This document shows, piece after piece, positions 24,380 through 35,823 of a DNA stretch of 64,000 nucleotides. The notes beneath the pieces are model-generated. The model saw only the letters and a list, made by a program, of their open reading frames with translations. It did no database searches and was not told the DNA's origin. Source of the DNA: Nitrospinaceae bacterium (GTDB lineage Bacteria; Nitrospinota; Nitrospinia; Nitrospinales; Nitrospinaceae). The DNA is taken from assembly GCA_965223665.1 (NCBI GenBank), contig OZ245011.1, positions 2,688,001 to 2,752,000 of the forward strand, read 5' to 3'. Within the stretch, counting starts at the first letter, position 1. Each line of letters begins with the position of its first letter. Made by a program: the position numbers and the translations under genes.

Positions 24380-25696
24380 TTAGCCCCGACGACTTTTAAT
24401 CCTCCCCTTTTTTACGAATCCATCGTAATTTCTCATTACCAGGTGAGATTCAATTTGTTGCATTGTATCGAGGGAAACTCCGACGACAATCAATAAACTT
24501 GTTCCGCCAAAATAGAACGGAATGTTGAGATATTTTATCAAATAATCGGGCAAAATACAGACAAAAGATAGATAGATTGCCCCATAGAACGTCAGTCTAG
24601 ATAAAACAAAATCAATATATTCGGCCGTTTTTGGTCCAGGGCGAAGTCCCGGAATAAACCCACCATGCTTTTTCATATTATCTGCTACGTCTGTGGGGTT
24701 AAAAATGACCGCCGTATAGAAATAACAGAAGAAAAATATAGCCCCTATAAAAAACAAACTATAAATTAAAGTCCCAGGTGTAAACATTGCTGACACCTGC
24801 TGCATCCAGGGAATATTCGTAAATTGCGCAATGGATGCTGGAACCATAATGATGGATGAAGCAAAAATCGGGGGAATAACACCCGAAGTATTTACCTTTA
24901 AAGGTAAATGAGTACTTTGGCCACCATAAACTTTACGACCTACTACCCTCCTGGCATATTGAATTGGAATTCTTCTCTGGCCACCTTCAGTAAAAACTAT
25001 AGCTCCAATTACTGCAACCATTAACAACAACATGAACAATCCAACAATTACTGAAAGTTCGCCTGTCCCCATCAAGTCTAAAGATTGGAAAATAGCACTA
25101 GGCGCGCCAGCCACAATTCCGGCAAATATGATGAGGGAAATTCCATTCCCTATTCCTCGTTCGGTAATTTGCTCACCCAACCACATAATAAATGCAGTTC
25201 CAGCAGTAAGAGTGAGAATCGTCATTAAACGAAATCCCCAACCTGGTTCAATAACAATTGGGGCTCCACCAGGACTTTTCATTGCTTCGAGTCCCACACT
25301 AATACCCGAACTCTGGATCATACTAATAACAATTGTTCCATACCGCGTATATTGAGTGATCTTCTTTTGGCCCTGCTCACCTTCTTTTTTCAATCGCGCC
25401 AAATGCGGAGAAACAATGGTCAGCAATTGTAAAATAATAGAAGCACTGATGTAGGGCATAATGCCCAAGGCAAAAATTGTTAACCGGCTTAATGCTCCAC
25501 CGGAAAACATATCAAAGAAACCCAAGAAGGTTCCCTGAGCTTGTTGAAAAATTTCAGCTAACGCGGCACCGTCAATACCAGGAGTGGGAATGTGAGCACC
25601 AATCCGGTAAACGGTCAAAATTAAAAGAGTAAATAGAATTCTCCGTTTTAGCTCAGGAATTCTAAAAATATTGCCAAAGCTTTCCGCACCGCTCAT
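24380..25696 (-). CDS. secY: Preprotein translocase subunit SecY
   Basis: ALGIMPYISASII, GIGNGISLIIF, GVIPPIFA, FIPGLRPG, FGGTSLLI. Confidence 0.98.
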   Translation of the reverse strand: MSGAESFGNIFRIPELKRRILFTLLILTVYRIGAHIPTPGIDGAALAEIFQQAQGTFLGFFDMFSGGALSRLTIFALGIMPYISASIILQLLTIVSPHLARLKKEGEQGQKKITQYTRYGTIVISMIQSSGISVGLEAMKSPGGAPIVIEPGWGFRLMTILTLTAGTAFIMWLGEQITERGIGNGISLIIFAGIVAGAPSAIFQSLDLMGTGELSVIVGLFMLLLMVAVIGAIVFTEGGQRRIPIQYARRVVGRKVYGGQSTHLPLKVNTSGVIPPIFASSIIMVPASIAQFTNIPWMQQVSAMFTPGTLIYSLFFIGAIFFFCYFYTAVIFNPTDVADNMKKHGGFIPGLRPGPKTAEYIDFVLSRLTFYGAIYLSFVCILPDYLIKYLNIPFYFGGTSLLIVVGVSLDTMQQIESHLVMRNYDGFVKKGRIKSRRG

Positions 25697-26136
25697 TTAA
25701 GGACTACGGCCTTTCCGCCAGATTTTTCGATCTTTTCAATGGCTGATTTGCTGAATTTATGGGCGTGAATGGTCAACCCATTTTTTAATTCTCCCGTCCC
25801 TAATATTTTCACTGCTTCTGTAGATCGAATAAACCCTTTTTCCTTCATCATTTCAGGAGTTAATGGTTCATTCAAATTCATCTCCGCAAGTTGACGAAGA
25901 TTGATCAACTCATAAGATTTTCTAAAGATGTTCGTAAATCCTCGCTTGGGTAATCGACGCTGTAATGGCATCTGTCCACCCTCAAACCAAGGATGCGGAT
26001 TCCCACCGGAGCGACTTTTTTGACCTTTTTGACCCCGGCCTGCGGTTTTCCCAGTTCCGGAACCAATACCTCGTCCAACCCGTTTTGGATTTTTTCGCGA
26101 ACCCTTATTTATTTTTAATTTAGAAAGTGAAAGCAT
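25693..26136 (-). CDS. rplO: 50S ribosomal protein L15
   Basis: RVGRGIGSGTGKTAGRG, FEGGQMPL. Confidence 0.97.
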   Translation of the reverse strand: MLSLSKLKINKGSRKNPKRVGRGIGSGTGKTAGRGQKGQKSRSGGNPHPWFEGGQMPLQRRLPKRGFTNIFRKSYELINLRQLAEMNLNEPLTPEMMKEKGFIRSTEAVKILGTGELKNGLTIHAHKFSKSAIEKIEKSGGKAVVLK

Positions 26137-26139
26137 AAT

Positions 26140-26658
26140 TTAAGCAGATTTTTCCTTAACATCGTTATTAACCACTTTTCCCCTCAATTGTGAAACTTGT
26201 TGCCCATCACGTAAAGATAGCAAACCATTGATCGTCGCTTTCACTACATTATGAGGATTATTCGTCCGAATACATTTTGTCAAAATATCTTTTATTCCAA
26301 CGGCTTCTAATACAGCCCGAACCGCTCCACCCGCAATCAACCCCGTTCCTCGAGACGCTGGTTTTAATAGAACCCGTCCGGAACCAAAACATCCAATAGT
26401 TTCATGAGGGATGGTCGATCCATCTAAAGGAACCGATATTTGATTTTTCTTGGCTTTTTCCATTCCTTTGCGAATGGCTTCAGGAACTTCATTTGCTTTT
26501 CCAAGTCCCCAACCAACTTGACCCTCGCGGTTTCCCACTACCACCAAGGCGCTAAAGCTAAAACGCCGACCACCTTTAACAACCTTAGCAACACGTTTCA
26601 CCTTAACAACATTGTCAACGAGGTCTTGTTTCATGTTGGTTTTATCTTGCAAAATCAA
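26140..26658 (-). CDS. rpsE: 30S ribosomal protein S5
   Basis: [21 protein letters not shown]. Confidence 0.97.
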   Translation of the reverse strand: MILQDKTNMKQDLVDNVVKVKRVAKVVKGGRRFSFSALVVVGNREGQVGWGLGKANEVPEAIRKGMEKAKKNQISVPLDGSTIPHETIGCFGSGRVLLKPASRGTGLIAGGAVRAVLEAVGIKDILTKCIRTNNPHNVVKATINGLLSLRDGQQVSQLRGKVVNNDVKEKSA

Positions 26659-26686
26659 TCCTCCATTAATTGCCTAAATATTGGCT

Positions 26687-27052
26687 TTAAAATTTAATTC
26701 CTTTTTCTCGAACCGCATCAGCCAACGCCTTTACTCGGCCTGTATATATAAATCCATTCCTGTCATAACAAACTTCTTTGATTCCCTTTTCTACCGCTTT
26801 TTCGGCCAATAGGGTTCCAACTAAAACTGCAGCTTTTCTATTGCCTCCGTAAGCCATTTTTTCCTTAAACTCTTTACTTACTGTAGACGCAGAAACCAAA
26901 GTCTGGCGTTTACGATCATCAATTATCTGAGCATAAATATGCTTAGAACTTTTAAACACGGTCAAACGTAACTTGTCTTTATTTTTTTGGATTTTATTTT
27001 TAACGCGTCCCTTGCGTTTCATCCTCAAACTATATCGTAATGCTACACTCAT
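26687..27052 (-). CDS. rplR: 50S ribosomal protein L18
   Basis: RLTVFKSSKHIYAQIIDD, DRNGFIYTGRVKALAD. Confidence 0.96.
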   Translation of the reverse strand: MSVALRYSLRMKRKGRVKNKIQKNKDKLRLTVFKSSKHIYAQIIDDRKRQTLVSASTVSKEFKEKMAYGGNRKAAVLVGTLLAEKAVEKGIKEVCYDRNGFIYTGRVKALADAVREKGIKF

Positions 27053-27064
27053 AGAACCTCTTGA

Positions 27065-27616
27065 TTAAGCTCCGGTACTGCCGGCTGTTTTTCCTGCTTT
27101 TCTTCGAATACGCTCATCCGAATACATCACTCCTTTACCCTTGTATGGCTCCGGGGGTCGAAATTCACGAATTTCAGCAGATATTTGACCTACTTTTTGC
27201 TTATCAATACCTTTTACTTTTATCGTATTAGCTTTCGAGTCAACCTCAAACTCAATCCCCTCGGGAGCATCGTATTGAATTGGGTGTGAAAACCCTAACT
27301 GCAGGTTCAGCGCTTTTCCCTTAAGATCCACCTTATAACCCACACCTACAATATTCAGTTGCTTCATAAATCCCTCAGAAACACCAACCACCATATTATT
27401 TATTAATGCCCGAGTAAGACCATGCAATGCTCTATCTTTTCCAGCATCAGATGGTCGACTCACTACAACTTGCCCATCAGACATTTCAATTTTCATGTTG
27501 GGATGGAATTCTCTTTCAATCTGTCCCTTAGGCCCCTTTACATGGACCTTAGACCCATTTACTTTGAATTCGACACCAGAAGGAATTTTTATGGGTAATC
27601 TACCTATACGTGACAT
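27065..27616 (-). CDS. rplF: 50S ribosomal protein L6
   Basis: MSRIGRLPI, RPPEPYKGKG. Confidence 0.97.
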   Translation of the reverse strand: MSRIGRLPIKIPSGVEFKVNGSKVHVKGPKGQIEREFHPNMKIEMSDGQVVVSRPSDAGKDRALHGLTRALINNMVVGVSEGFMKQLNIVGVGYKVDLKGKALNLQLGFSHPIQYDAPEGIEFEVDSKANTIKVKGIDKQKVGQISAEIREFRPPEPYKGKGVMYSDERIRRKAGKTAGSTGA

Positions 27617-27634
27617 AATTTCTAAACTCTGTCC

Positions 27635-28027
27635 TTACCAAACATAGCCTACTACTTCCCCACCAATACCTTTTTCTCGACATATTTCATCGGTGGTCAA
27701 ACCAGCAGAAGTAGAAACAATAGCAATTCCTAAACCGTTCAATACGTTAGGAAGGTTATCTTTATTAACATAAACTCTGCGTCCGGGCTTACTTACTCGC
27801 TTTATGCCACGGATAGCACCATCTCCATCAACATATTTAAGATAAACTCTCAGGACTCCTTGCTTCCCATCCTGCGCAACTTTAAAGTTCTTAATAAAAC
27901 CTTCGTCCTTTAAAATTTCTGCTAATCGAGTTTTCATCTTTGAATTTGGAATGTCCACTTTCGGATGCTTAACTTGCAAGCCATTTCGAATTCTTGTAAA
28001 CAAATCCGCTATGGGATCGGTCATCAT
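27635..28027 (-). CDS. rpsH: 30S ribosomal protein S8
   Basis: [24 protein letters not shown]. Confidence 0.97.
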   Translation of the reverse strand: MMTDPIADLFTRIRNGLQVKHPKVDIPNSKMKTRLAEILKDEGFIKNFKVAQDGKQGVLRVYLKYVDGDGAIRGIKRVSKPGRRVYVNKDNLPNVLNGLGIAIVSTSAGLTTDEICREKGIGGEVVGYVW

Positions 28028-28057
28028 AGATCAAAAGTCTCCTAATAAATAATCAGG

Positions 28058-28243
28058 TCACCAACTTGCTTTAGTTACACCCGGCACTTCTCCTAACAGA
28101 GCCCGGGTACGAAAGCAAATTCGACACAAACCAAATTTTCTTAAATATGCCCGCGGCCGCCCACAGACATTACAGCGGTTATAATTTCTTACTTTAAATT
28201 TTGGCTCTCGCTTTGATTTAGCGATCAAACTTTTCTTTGCCAT
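28058..28243 (-). CDS. rpsN: 30S ribosomal protein S14, short Zn-binding (type Z) form
   Basis: [24 protein letters not shown]. Confidence 0.97.
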   Translation of the reverse strand: MAKKSLIAKSKREPKFKVRNYNRCNVCGRPRAYLRKFGLCRICFRTRALLGEVPGVTKASW

Positions 28244-28247
28244 TTCG

Positions 28248-28787
28248 TTAGTTCCTAATCGGAAATCCCATTGTTTTTAACAGTACTCTACCCGCTTCAT
28301 CTGTTTCAGCGGAAGTGACGATCGTAATATTCATTCCCTTAATTTGGTCAATTTTATCAAAGTTAATTTCAGGAAAAATCAACTGCTCCTTAAGTCCAAG
28401 GGTATAATTCCCTCTGCCATCAAAAGCTTTTGGGGACAATCCCTTAAAGTCCCTTACTCGCGGTAAAGAAAAATTAACCAACCTCTCAAAAAACTCATAC
28501 ATGCGATTACCCCGCAGAGTTACCCGAACACCAATTGGCATTCCCTCTCGCAACTTAAAATTAGAAATGGCCTTCTTGGCCCTTGTCACTACAGGTTGCT
28601 GACCCGTAATGATACGAAGCTGTTCTACTCCTGCATCGATTAGCTTCCCATTCTGGATAGCCTCTCCTAACCCCATATTCACAATAATTTTTTGGAGCTT
28701 GGGAACCTGCATCACATTTTTCAAATTCAATTCTTTTTGAATTTGTGGTTTGTATGTTTCGTTATAAGTTTTCTTCAATGCGCTCAT
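28248..28787 (-). CDS. rplE: 50S ribosomal protein L5
   Basis: [24 protein letters not shown]. Confidence 0.97.
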   Translation of the reverse strand: MSALKKTYNETYKPQIQKELNLKNVMQVPKLQKIIVNMGLGEAIQNGKLIDAGVEQLRIITGQQPVVTRAKKAISNFKLREGMPIGVRVTLRGNRMYEFFERLVNFSLPRVRDFKGLSPKAFDGRGNYTLGLKEQLIFPEINFDKIDQIKGMNITIVTSAETDEAGRVLLKTMGFPIRN

Positions 28788-28808
28788 TAATTCCTAATCC
28801 CAAACAAA

Positions 28809-29138
28809 CTAAACTTTATCCATTACTTCGCCACATTTAACACAAAGACGAACCCGCTTACCATCTTCCAGCTTCTTATGCTTAGTACGAACTCCTTTAC
28901 CACATTTATCACAAACCAATAGAAGATTGGAAATATGGATAGATCCTTCTCGCTCCAAAATACCGCCCTGCTTATTTTCATTTGAAGGCTTCATATGTTT
29001 TTTAAGCATATTAAGCTTTTCGACGGTCACCCTTCCTTTATCTGGAAATAGGGCAAGAACCTTTCCCTTTTTTCCTTTTTCTTTTCCGACGGTGACTTGA
29101 ACAATATCATCTTTTTTAATATGAAGCTTACTCGCCAT
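28809..29138 (-). CDS. rplX: 50S ribosomal protein L24
   Basis: KOW motif HIKKDDIVQVTVGKEKGKKG; IHISN. Confidence 0.95.
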   Translation of the reverse strand: MASKLHIKKDDIVQVTVGKEKGKKGKVLALFPDKGRVTVEKLNMLKKHMKPSNENKQGGILEREGSIHISNLLLVCDKCGKGVRTKHKKLEDGKRVRLCVKCGEVMDKV

Positions 29139-29506
29139 CAAAGTACCTCCGGAGCCAGCGATAAAATTTTAAGAAATCTTTTTGCACGCAACTCCCTTGC
29201 AACCGGACCAAAAATACGGGTCCCCAAAGGTTCTTTTGACTCATTCACCAAAACTGCTGCATTACTGTCAAACTTAATATAACTCCCTTCAGGCCTACGC
29301 ATTTCTTTTCGAGTACGCACCACAACCGCTTTTTTCACTTCGCCTTTTTTAACATTGCTATTGGGTTCAGATTCTTTTACTGCAACCACAATGATGTCAC
29401 CTACTGAAGCATATCTTCGTCCGGTTCCCCCTAAAACTTTTATACACTGAACCTTTTTTGCTCCCGAATTGTCTGCAACTTCTAAAACTGTTCTTAACTG
29501 AATCAT
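29138..29506 (-). CDS. rplN: 50S ribosomal protein L14
   Basis: [28 protein letters not shown]. Confidence 0.98.
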   Translation of the reverse strand: MIQLRTVLEVADNSGAKKVQCIKVLGGTGRRYASVGDIIVVAVKESEPNSNVKKGEVKKAVVVRTRKEMRRPEGSYIKFDSNAAVLVNESKEPLGTRIFGPVARELRAKRFLKILSLAPEVL

Positions 29507-29522
29507 TCAATAACACCAAGGC

Positions 29523-29783
29523 TCAATTGTTTGCGGATTTGATAATTTCTACTAACAACCAACGCTTATCTTTACTCAAAGGACGTACTTCTCTCATTGA
29601 AACAACATCTCCTACATTACATTTATTTTCTTCATCATGGCATTTATACTTTTTTGTGCGTTTAACCACTTTCTTAAATGTAGGATGATTAAACTTTCGC
29701 ACCACTTTAACAACTACCGTCTTATTCATTTTGTCACTGACCACAGTGCCAGTCATTAATCTTTTAGGCTTGACCTGACTCAA
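29523..29783 (-). CDS. rpsQ: 30S ribosomal protein S17
   Basis: [23 protein letters not shown]. Confidence 0.96.
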   Translation of the reverse strand: MSQVKPKRLMTGTVVSDKMNKTVVVKVVRKFNHPTFKKVVKRTKKYKCHDEENKCNVGDVVSMREVRPLSKDKRWLLVEIIKSANN

Positions 29784-29819
29784 TTCTCCTCCTTTAATCG
29801 AAAACTTTCCTCGGTCATG

Positions 29820-30068
29820 TTACGAATCCTTTTTAGTTTCTTCTTTAGGCGGCTCTTTCTCAGATTTATTCGAAACCGCATTTTGAGCATCTTGAGCCCA
29901 CAAAGTTTTAATTCGAGCAATATCCCGTCGCATATGCTTTAAACGTCCAGGGTTTTCGATTTTTCCTGTAGCCAATTGAAACTTTAGGTTGAAATACTCT
30001 TCCTGCAAATCATCCAGTTTCTCTTGCCGCTCCTGAACAGATAATTCGCGAATTTCTTGCATTTTCAT
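29820..30068 (-). CDS. rpmC: 50S ribosomal protein L29 (short charged C-terminal extension)
   Basis: FNLKFQLATG..ENP..RRDIARIKT. Confidence 0.95.
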   Translation of the reverse strand: MKMQEIRELSVQERQEKLDDLQEEYFNLKFQLATGKIENPGRLKHMRRDIARIKTLWAQDAQNAVSNKSEKEPPKEETKKDS

Positions 30069-30081
30069 TTAAACACCAAAT

Positions 30082-30492
30082 TTATGACTTATTAACAATC
30101 ACTCGTGTAGGCACTGGCAACTTATGAGAGGCGAGTCTCAAAGCTTCTCTTGCAATATCTTCGGGAACCCCAGCCATTTCATAAAGGATACGCCCAGGTT
30201 TAACAATTGCCACCCAAAATTCTGGGTTACCTTTTCCTTTACCCATTCGCGTTTCTGCAGGTTTTTTTGAAATTGGCTTATCTGGAAAAATCCGCAACCA
30301 AATTTTTCCACCCCGCTTCACATGGCGGGTCATTGCAATACGAGCAGCTTCAATTTGCCGATTAGAAATTCGACCACATCCCAATGTTTGCAGTCCAAAT
30401 TCTCCAAAGTTCATACTGCCACCACGAAATGCCGTTCCACGCATTCTTCCTTTATGCCTTTTTCGATATTTAACTTTTTTGGGCATCAACAT
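30082..30492 (-). CDS. rplP: 50S ribosomal protein L16
   Basis: [23 protein letters not shown]. Confidence 0.98.
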   Translation of the reverse strand: MLMPKKVKYRKRHKGRMRGTAFRGGSMNFGEFGLQTLGCGRISNRQIEAARIAMTRHVKRGGKIWLRIFPDKPISKKPAETRMGKGKGNPEFWVAIVKPGRILYEMAGVPEDIAREALRLASHKLPVPTRVIVNKS

Positions 30493-30531
30493 GATGCAAT
30501 TACTCCATTACATTAACTAAAATTTAGCGGG

Positions 30532-31200
30532 TTAACTCTCTACCGGTTCCTTTTCGGGAAGGCTTTTGCCATCATCAAAGATTTCACCTTTATAAACCCA
30601 AACCTTAATTCCAATAATTCCGTAAGTTGTCAATCCTTCTGCGGTACCATAATCAATATCAGCTCGCAAAGTATGAAGTGGCACTTGACCTTCTCGATAC
30701 CATTCACTACGAGCAATTTCCGCACCCCCTAACCTTCCGGAACATCGGATTTTAATTCCTTTCGCTCCAAAACGAAGAGAAGATTGCACTGCTTTTTTCA
30801 TTGCTCTTCGAAATGAAATTCGTTTTTGCAACTGTAAGGCAATATTTTGGGCAATCAGGGTAGCGTCTAACTCAGCACGACGAATTTCTTTAATATTCAA
30901 ATTCACTTGTTTGCCACCAATGATTTTCTGTAGCGCTTCTTTTAAACGATCCACTTCTAATCCCTTTTTACCAATTATGATGCCGGGACGCGCTGTATGA
31001 ATATTAATTCGAATTCGATTTGCTGACCGCTCAATCTCCAAATTGGACACCCCTGCATGAGATAAAGATTTCCTAAGGTACTTTCGGAGATTAATATCTT
31101 CCTGCAATAATTCCGGAAATTCTTTTTTTGCGTACCAATTGGACTTCCAAGGCTTATTAACCCCCAACCGAAATCCATAAGGGTGAACTTTTTGACCCAC
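30532..31200 (-). CDS. rpsC: 30S ribosomal protein S3
   Basis: [35 protein letters not shown]. Confidence 0.98.
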   Translation of the reverse strand: MGQKVHPYGFRLGVNKPWKSNWYAKKEFPELLQEDINLRKYLRKSLSHAGVSNLEIERSANRIRINIHTARPGIIIGKKGLEVDRLKEALQKIIGGKQVNLNIKEIRRAELDATLIAQNIALQLQKRISFRRAMKKAVQSSLRFGAKGIKIRCSGRLGGAEIARSEWYREGQVPLHTLRADIDYGTAEGLTTYGIIGIKVWVYKGEIFDDGKSLPEKEPVES

Positions 31201-31212
31201 GATTTTCCTCCG

Positions 31213-31551
31213 CTATTCTTTATCGTTAAGAATAATTGTTATGTGGCTGGTTCGTTTTAAAATCATAGTCGCCATTCCACGGGCTCGAGGCATCTGCCTT
31301 TTCCACGCCACTCCTGGGTTTACAAAAACTTTTTTCACGACAAGATCATCCACATCCACCACCTTATGATTTTCTTCTGCATTAGAAATTGCCGACTTGA
31401 GTAGCTTTTGAAACATTCGAGCGGCCTTTTTTTCGGTGAAGGTCAAAATATTCATCGCTTCATTAACGTTCTTACCCCGAATCATATCGGCCACTAACCG
31501 AGCTTTTCTTGGCGCTGTCCGCGCATGCCTTAATTTAGCTTGTACATCCAT
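31213..31551 (-). CDS. rplV: 50S ribosomal protein L22
   Basis: PRKARLVADMIRG, PRARG, KRTSHITI. Confidence 0.97.
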   Translation of the reverse strand: MDVQAKLRHARTAPRKARLVADMIRGKNVNEAMNILTFTEKKAARMFQKLLKSAISNAEENHKVVDVDDLVVKKVFVNPGVAWKRQMPRARGMATMILKRTSHITIILNDKE

Positions 31552-31565
31552 TGATCAATTCACTT

Positions 31566-31850
31566 TTATTTAGGCGGTGGCGCCTTTTTGGTTTTACCGC
31601 TATGCCCTTTAAAGGTCCGCGTAGGAGAAAATTCTCCTAATTTATGACCCACCATATTTTCCGTAACAAATACAGGAATGAATTTCTTACCATTATGAAC
31701 AGAAAGCGTATGCCCAACAAAATCGGGAATAATGGTTGAACGACGAGACCACGTTTTAATAATTTTTTTCTCATTTTTCCTGTTCATCGCCTCAACTTTA
31801 TCCATCAAGGAATTATCGACAAAAGGTCCTTTTTTTAATGATCGCGCCAT
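31566..31850 (-). CDS. rpsS: 30S ribosomal protein S19
   Basis: [24 protein letters not shown]. Confidence 0.98.
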   Translation of the reverse strand: MARSLKKGPFVDNSLMDKVEAMNRKNEKKIIKTWSRRSTIIPDFVGHTLSVHNGKKFIPVFVTENMVGHKLGEFSPTRTFKGHSGKTKKAPPPK

Positions 31851-31863
31851 ACTATACCTTCAT

Positions 31864-32691
31864 TTATTTTTTCTTACGACTTAAAATATATTTGCTCGAT
31901 GGTTTTCGCTTTTTCCTGGTCTTAAAACCCTTAGCAGGAATTCCGAAAGGACTACAAGGGTGCCGACCTCCAGAAGAACGCCCTTCCCCTCCACCCATAG
32001 GGTGATCCACCGGGTTCATTGCAACCGCCCTCACTCGAGGACGTCTCCCCATCCAACGGGTTCGCCCCGCTTTACCAATGGAAACATTTTCATGATCTGT
32101 ATTACCCACCGTTCCAACGGTTGCACGACATTTAACATCCACCAACCGGACTTCCCCAGAAGACAACTTTATATTGGCAAAACGCCCTTCTTTCGCCATC
32201 AATTGGGCAAAGGCTCCTGCGCTTCGAGCAATCTGACCACCTTTTCCAGGACGCAATTCAATATTATGAATTAAAGTACCTTCAGGTATTTTTTCTAGAG
32301 TGAGACAGTTCCCGGGTCGCGCTTCCGCTTTATCCCCCGATAACAACTCATCACCTACAGAAATTTCTTTAGGAGCGATTATATAGCGCTTCTCACCATC
32401 TTTATAAATTAATAAGGCAATATGAGATGAGCGGTTGGGATCATATTCTATCCCTGCAACACGAGCAGAAATACCATCTTTATTTCGCTTAAAATCTACT
32501 ATTCGATACAGTTTACGGTGCCCGCCGCCACGGCGCCGCATAGTCACACGGCCATTGTTATTCCTACCTCCCTTGCGAGAAATAGAAACCAAAAGACTTT
32601 TCTCGGGTGTCTTTTTAGTAACTTCTTTAAAATCCGATCGCGTTTGAAAACGAACGCCTGGAGATGTTGGATTAAGTTTTCTAACTGCCAT
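31864..32691 (-). CDS. rplB: 50S ribosomal protein L2
   Basis: [28 protein letters not shown]. Confidence 0.98.
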   Translation of the reverse strand: MAVRKLNPTSPGVRFQTRSDFKEVTKKTPEKSLLVSISRKGGRNNNGRVTMRRRGGGHRKLYRIVDFKRNKDGISARVAGIEYDPNRSSHIALLIYKDGEKRYIIAPKEISVGDELLSGDKAEARPGNCLTLEKIPEGTLIHNIELRPGKGGQIARSAGAFAQLMAKEGRFANIKLSSGEVRLVDVKCRATVGTVGNTDHENVSIGKAGRTRWMGRRPRVRAVAMNPVDHPMGGGEGRSSGGRHPCSPFGIPAKGFKTRKKRKPSSKYILSRKKK

Positions 32692-32696
32692 TTTTG

Positions 32697-32984
32697 CTAC
32701 GCACCTTCAAAAAAGTCTATTCGGTCACCTTCTTTTAACAGAACGATGGCCTTCTTAGTCGCCTTAGTGAATCCTGTATGTTTTCCAAAACGTCGCCGTT
32801 TGGGACCCACATTGACTGTATTAACTCGCAAAACATTAACCTTAAATATTTTTTCTATCGCTTGTTTAATTTGCACTTTATTCGAGTCAGGGTGCACCTG
32901 AAACATCACTCGATTTCCATGATCTTGCATCAAGGTACTTTTTTCTGTAATGAGAGGTTTTTCTAAAATCTGATACAAGTTCAT
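32697..32984 (-). CDS. rplW: 50S ribosomal protein L23
   Basis: PLITEKS, KKAIV. Confidence 0.96.
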   Translation of the reverse strand: MNLYQILEKPLITEKSTLMQDHGNRVMFQVHPDSNKVQIKQAIEKIFKVNVLRVNTVNVGPKRRRFGKHTGFTKATKKAIVLLKEGDRIDFFEGA

Positions 32985-32988
32985 AGTT

Positions 32989-33615
32989 TTACGCTAGCCT
33001 CTCCTGCACTTTTTTAATCGAATCCTGAGTAAACACGATATTCTCATGGACTAGCAAATCATAAACATTCAATCCCTCTGCACGCAAAACGTCTACGTTT
33101 GGCAAATTACGCACTGCCAACTCTAAATTCTGGTTTTTATCTTCTAGCACAAAAATCACTTTGGAAGACAGACCCATTCCTTCTAAAAAAGCTAAAGCCT
33201 CTTTAGTCTTTGGTTCCGAGAGCTCAATTTTATCTACCACTCTCATTTTATTTTCACGCATACGATCCGTTAACACAGAAATAAGCGCTTGCTTTCTAAT
33301 CTTTTTAGAAACCTTAAACCCAAAGCTCCTAGGAGTAGGACCAAAAGTTGTTAGGCCGCCGCGCCAAATAGCAGATCGGTTACTACCTGCCCTGGCTCGT
33401 CCAGTTCCTTTTTGCCTCCAAGGTTTTTTACCTCCACCACGTAACTCACTATAACTACTTTTTGTAGAAGCAGTGCCACTGCGTCGATTAGCCAATTGTT
33501 GGTTTACACACATTTGCACCAGATGGTCTTTCACCTTAGCGTCGAAAATATCTGGAGAAACATCAACAGATCCCACTTTTTGATTTTTCGAATCCACTAA
33601 ATCTATTTCTGGCAT
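32989..33615 (-). CDS. rplD: 50S ribosomal protein L4
   Basis: GGGKKPWRQKGTGRARAGS. Confidence 0.97.
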   Translation of the reverse strand: MPEIDLVDSKNQKVGSVDVSPDIFDAKVKDHLVQMCVNQQLANRRSGTASTKSSYSELRGGGKKPWRQKGTGRARAGSNRSAIWRGGLTTFGPTPRSFGFKVSKKIRKQALISVLTDRMRENKMRVVDKIELSEPKTKEALAFLEGMGLSSKVIFVLEDKNQNLELAVRNLPNVDVLRAEGLNVYDLLVHENIVFTQDSIKKVQERLA

Positions 33616-33639
33616 ACAACCACCATTTTCCTAAAAAAG

Positions 33640-34275
33640 TTATTTCGCGGCGGATCGATTTCCTAAAATACGAACAAGACCGCCATTTGCACCCGGTATT
33701 GCTCCGCGCAAAAGTAAAACATTATTTCCCGCATCCACTCGAACTACACGCAGGTTTTTTACATGGACTTTCTTACCGCCCATCCTGCCGGGCATCCCCT
33801 TGCCTTTAAAAGTCCGCCCAGGATAAGTACACATTCCAATTGACCCGGCACCTCGGAAAGACTCATGCGTACCTCGAGAAGCAGGCTGCCCACGATATCC
33901 AAAACGCTTCACCACTCCGGCGAAACCACGCCCCTTAGAAACCCCTAAAACGTCAACCAAGTCTCCCTCTTGAAACATATCAACTTTGAGAGGCTTACCG
34001 ATCTCATCTTCGCTCACTTCTTGGTTGCGAAATTCAGTAAGAAGCTTAGAAGGAGCAATATTTAGTTTTTTAAAAACACCCTGCATTGGCTTGTTAGTAT
34101 GCTTCTCTTTACGATCCCCATAAGCCACAAGAACTGATTGATAACCATCAGTATCACTATTCTTTTGAAGCACAGGAACACACTTCTCTACCTGAACAAC
34201 TGTCACAGGAACACAATCCCCGTTATCAGCGTAGATTTGAGTCATCCCAATTTTTTTACCCAACAAACCGTTCAT
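33640..34275 (-). CDS. rplC: 50S ribosomal protein L3
   Basis: GKKIGMTQI, SKGRGFAG, MPGRMG. Confidence 0.97.
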   Translation of the reverse strand: MNGLLGKKIGMTQIYADNGDCVPVTVVQVEKCVPVLQKNSDTDGYQSVLVAYGDRKEKHTNKPMQGVFKKLNIAPSKLLTEFRNQEVSEDEIGKPLKVDMFQEGDLVDVLGVSKGRGFAGVVKRFGYRGQPASRGTHESFRGAGSIGMCTYPGRTFKGKGMPGRMGGKKVHVKNLRVVRVDAGNNVLLLRGAIPGANGGLVRILGNRSAAK

Positions 34276-34289
34276 ACGTTTTTAATTTT

Positions 34290-34598
34290 TTAAAGTTTAA
34301 TCTCAATATCCACACCCCCTGATAGATCTAATTTCATAAGAGCATCTACCGTTTGGGGAGTGGGTTCTAATATTTCAAGAATTCGCTTATGAGTACGAAT
34401 TTCGAATTGCTCTCTAGATTTTTTGTCAACATGGGGAGACCGAAGAACCGTCCAACGATTCCGCACTGTTGGCAAAGGAATAGGCCCAACGACCCTGGCA
34501 CCGGTCCGCTTGGTAGTTTCAACTATTTCTCCAACGGACCAGTCCAATAATTTATGGTCATATGCTTTAAGCTTAATTTTGATTTTCTGGTTCGTCAT
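34290..34598 (-). CDS. rpsJ: 30S ribosomal protein S10
   Basis: [21 protein letters not shown]; start overlaps the tuf stop (TAATG). Confidence 0.98.
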   Translation of the reverse strand: MTNQKIKIKLKAYDHKLLDWSVGEIVETTKRTGARVVGPIPLPTVRNRWTVLRSPHVDKKSREQFEIRTHKRILEILEPTPQTVDALMKLDLSGGVDIEIKL

Positions 34599-35788
34599 TA
34601 TTCAATGATCTCACTAACGATACCAGCTCCAACAGTCCGGCCACCCTCACGAATCGCGAAACGCAACTCTTTTGCCATTGCCACAGGAGTAATCAACGCA
34701 ACGTCCATTGTTACATTATCACCTGGCATAACCATATCCACACCTTCTGGCAAGGTACAAACTCCAGTCACGTCAGTTGTCCTAAAATAAAATTGAGGAC
34801 GATATCCATTAAAGAAAGGAGTATGTCGTCCACCCTCATCTTTATTTAAAACATAAACCTCAGCTTTAAATTTAGTATGAGGAGTAATCGAACCCGGTTT
34901 TGCTAAAACCTGCCCACGCTCAATATCATCTCGCTTGGTACCGCGCAATAAACAACCCACATTATCACCAGCTTGTCCATTGTCCAAAAGCTTTCGGAAC
35001 ATCTCAACACCAGTAACGGTTGTTTTGGTGGTGGGTCGGAAACCAACGATTTCTACTTCTTCTCCTACATTAATAATCCCAGTTTCTACCCGGCCCGTAG
35101 CAACGGTACCACGACCAGAAATACTGAAAATATCTTCAATAGGCATCAAAAAAGGCTTATCAACAGGACGCTCCGGAACTGGAATATATTCATCCACTGA
35201 TTTCATGAGTTCCCAAATAGCTCCATTTTTCGTATCATCGCCCGCATTATTCAGAGCCTCTAAAGCACTTCCACGGATTACAGGAATATCATCACCAGGG
35301 AATTCGTATTTGCTCAACAACTCACGCACTTCTAATTCAACCAAGTCAAGCAGTTCCTCATCATCAACCATGTCACACTTATTCATAAAAACCACAATCC
35401 GAGGCACACCCACTTGTCGGGCCAGCAAAATATGTTCGCGAGTTTGAGGCATCGGACCATCGGAAGCGCTGATTACCAAAATAGCGCCATCCATTTGAGC
35501 GGCACCTGTAATCATGTTTTTCACGTAGTCCGCGTGCCCCGGGCAGTCAACATGCGCATAATGCCGAGTTTCAGTTTGATACTCTACATGCGCAATAGCA
35601 ATCGTAATTCCCCGCTCACGCTCTTCCGGCGCCTTATCAATTTGATCAAAGGCGATGCTATCAGCCAAACCCTTTTTGGACAAAACCTCGGTGATGGCCG
35701 CAGTGAGTGTAGTTTTTCCATGGTCAACGTGCCCAATGGTCCCTATATTTACATGCGGTTTATCTCTCACAAATTTTTCTTTAGCCAT
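34598..35788 (-). CDS. tuf: Elongation factor Tu
   Basis: [31 protein letters not shown]. Confidence 0.99.
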   Translation of the reverse strand: MAKEKFVRDKPHVNIGTIGHVDHGKTTLTAAITEVLSKKGLADSIAFDQIDKAPEERERGITIAIAHVEYQTETRHYAHVDCPGHADYVKNMITGAAQMDGAILVISASDGPMPQTREHILLARQVGVPRIVVFMNKCDMVDDEELLDLVELEVRELLSKYEFPGDDIPVIRGSALEALNNAGDDTKNGAIWELMKSVDEYIPVPERPVDKPFLMPIEDIFSISGRGTVATGRVETGIINVGEEVEIVGFRPTTKTTVTGVEMFRKLLDNGQAGDNVGCLLRGTKRDDIERGQVLAKPGSITPHTKFKAEVYVLNKDEGGRHTPFFNGYRPQFYFRTTDVTGVCTLPEGVDMVMPGDNVTMDVALITPVAMAKELRFAIREGGRTVGAGIVSEIIE

Positions 35789-35823
35789 ACCGATTCACTC
35801 CATTAATTATTCTTGTTTCAAGG

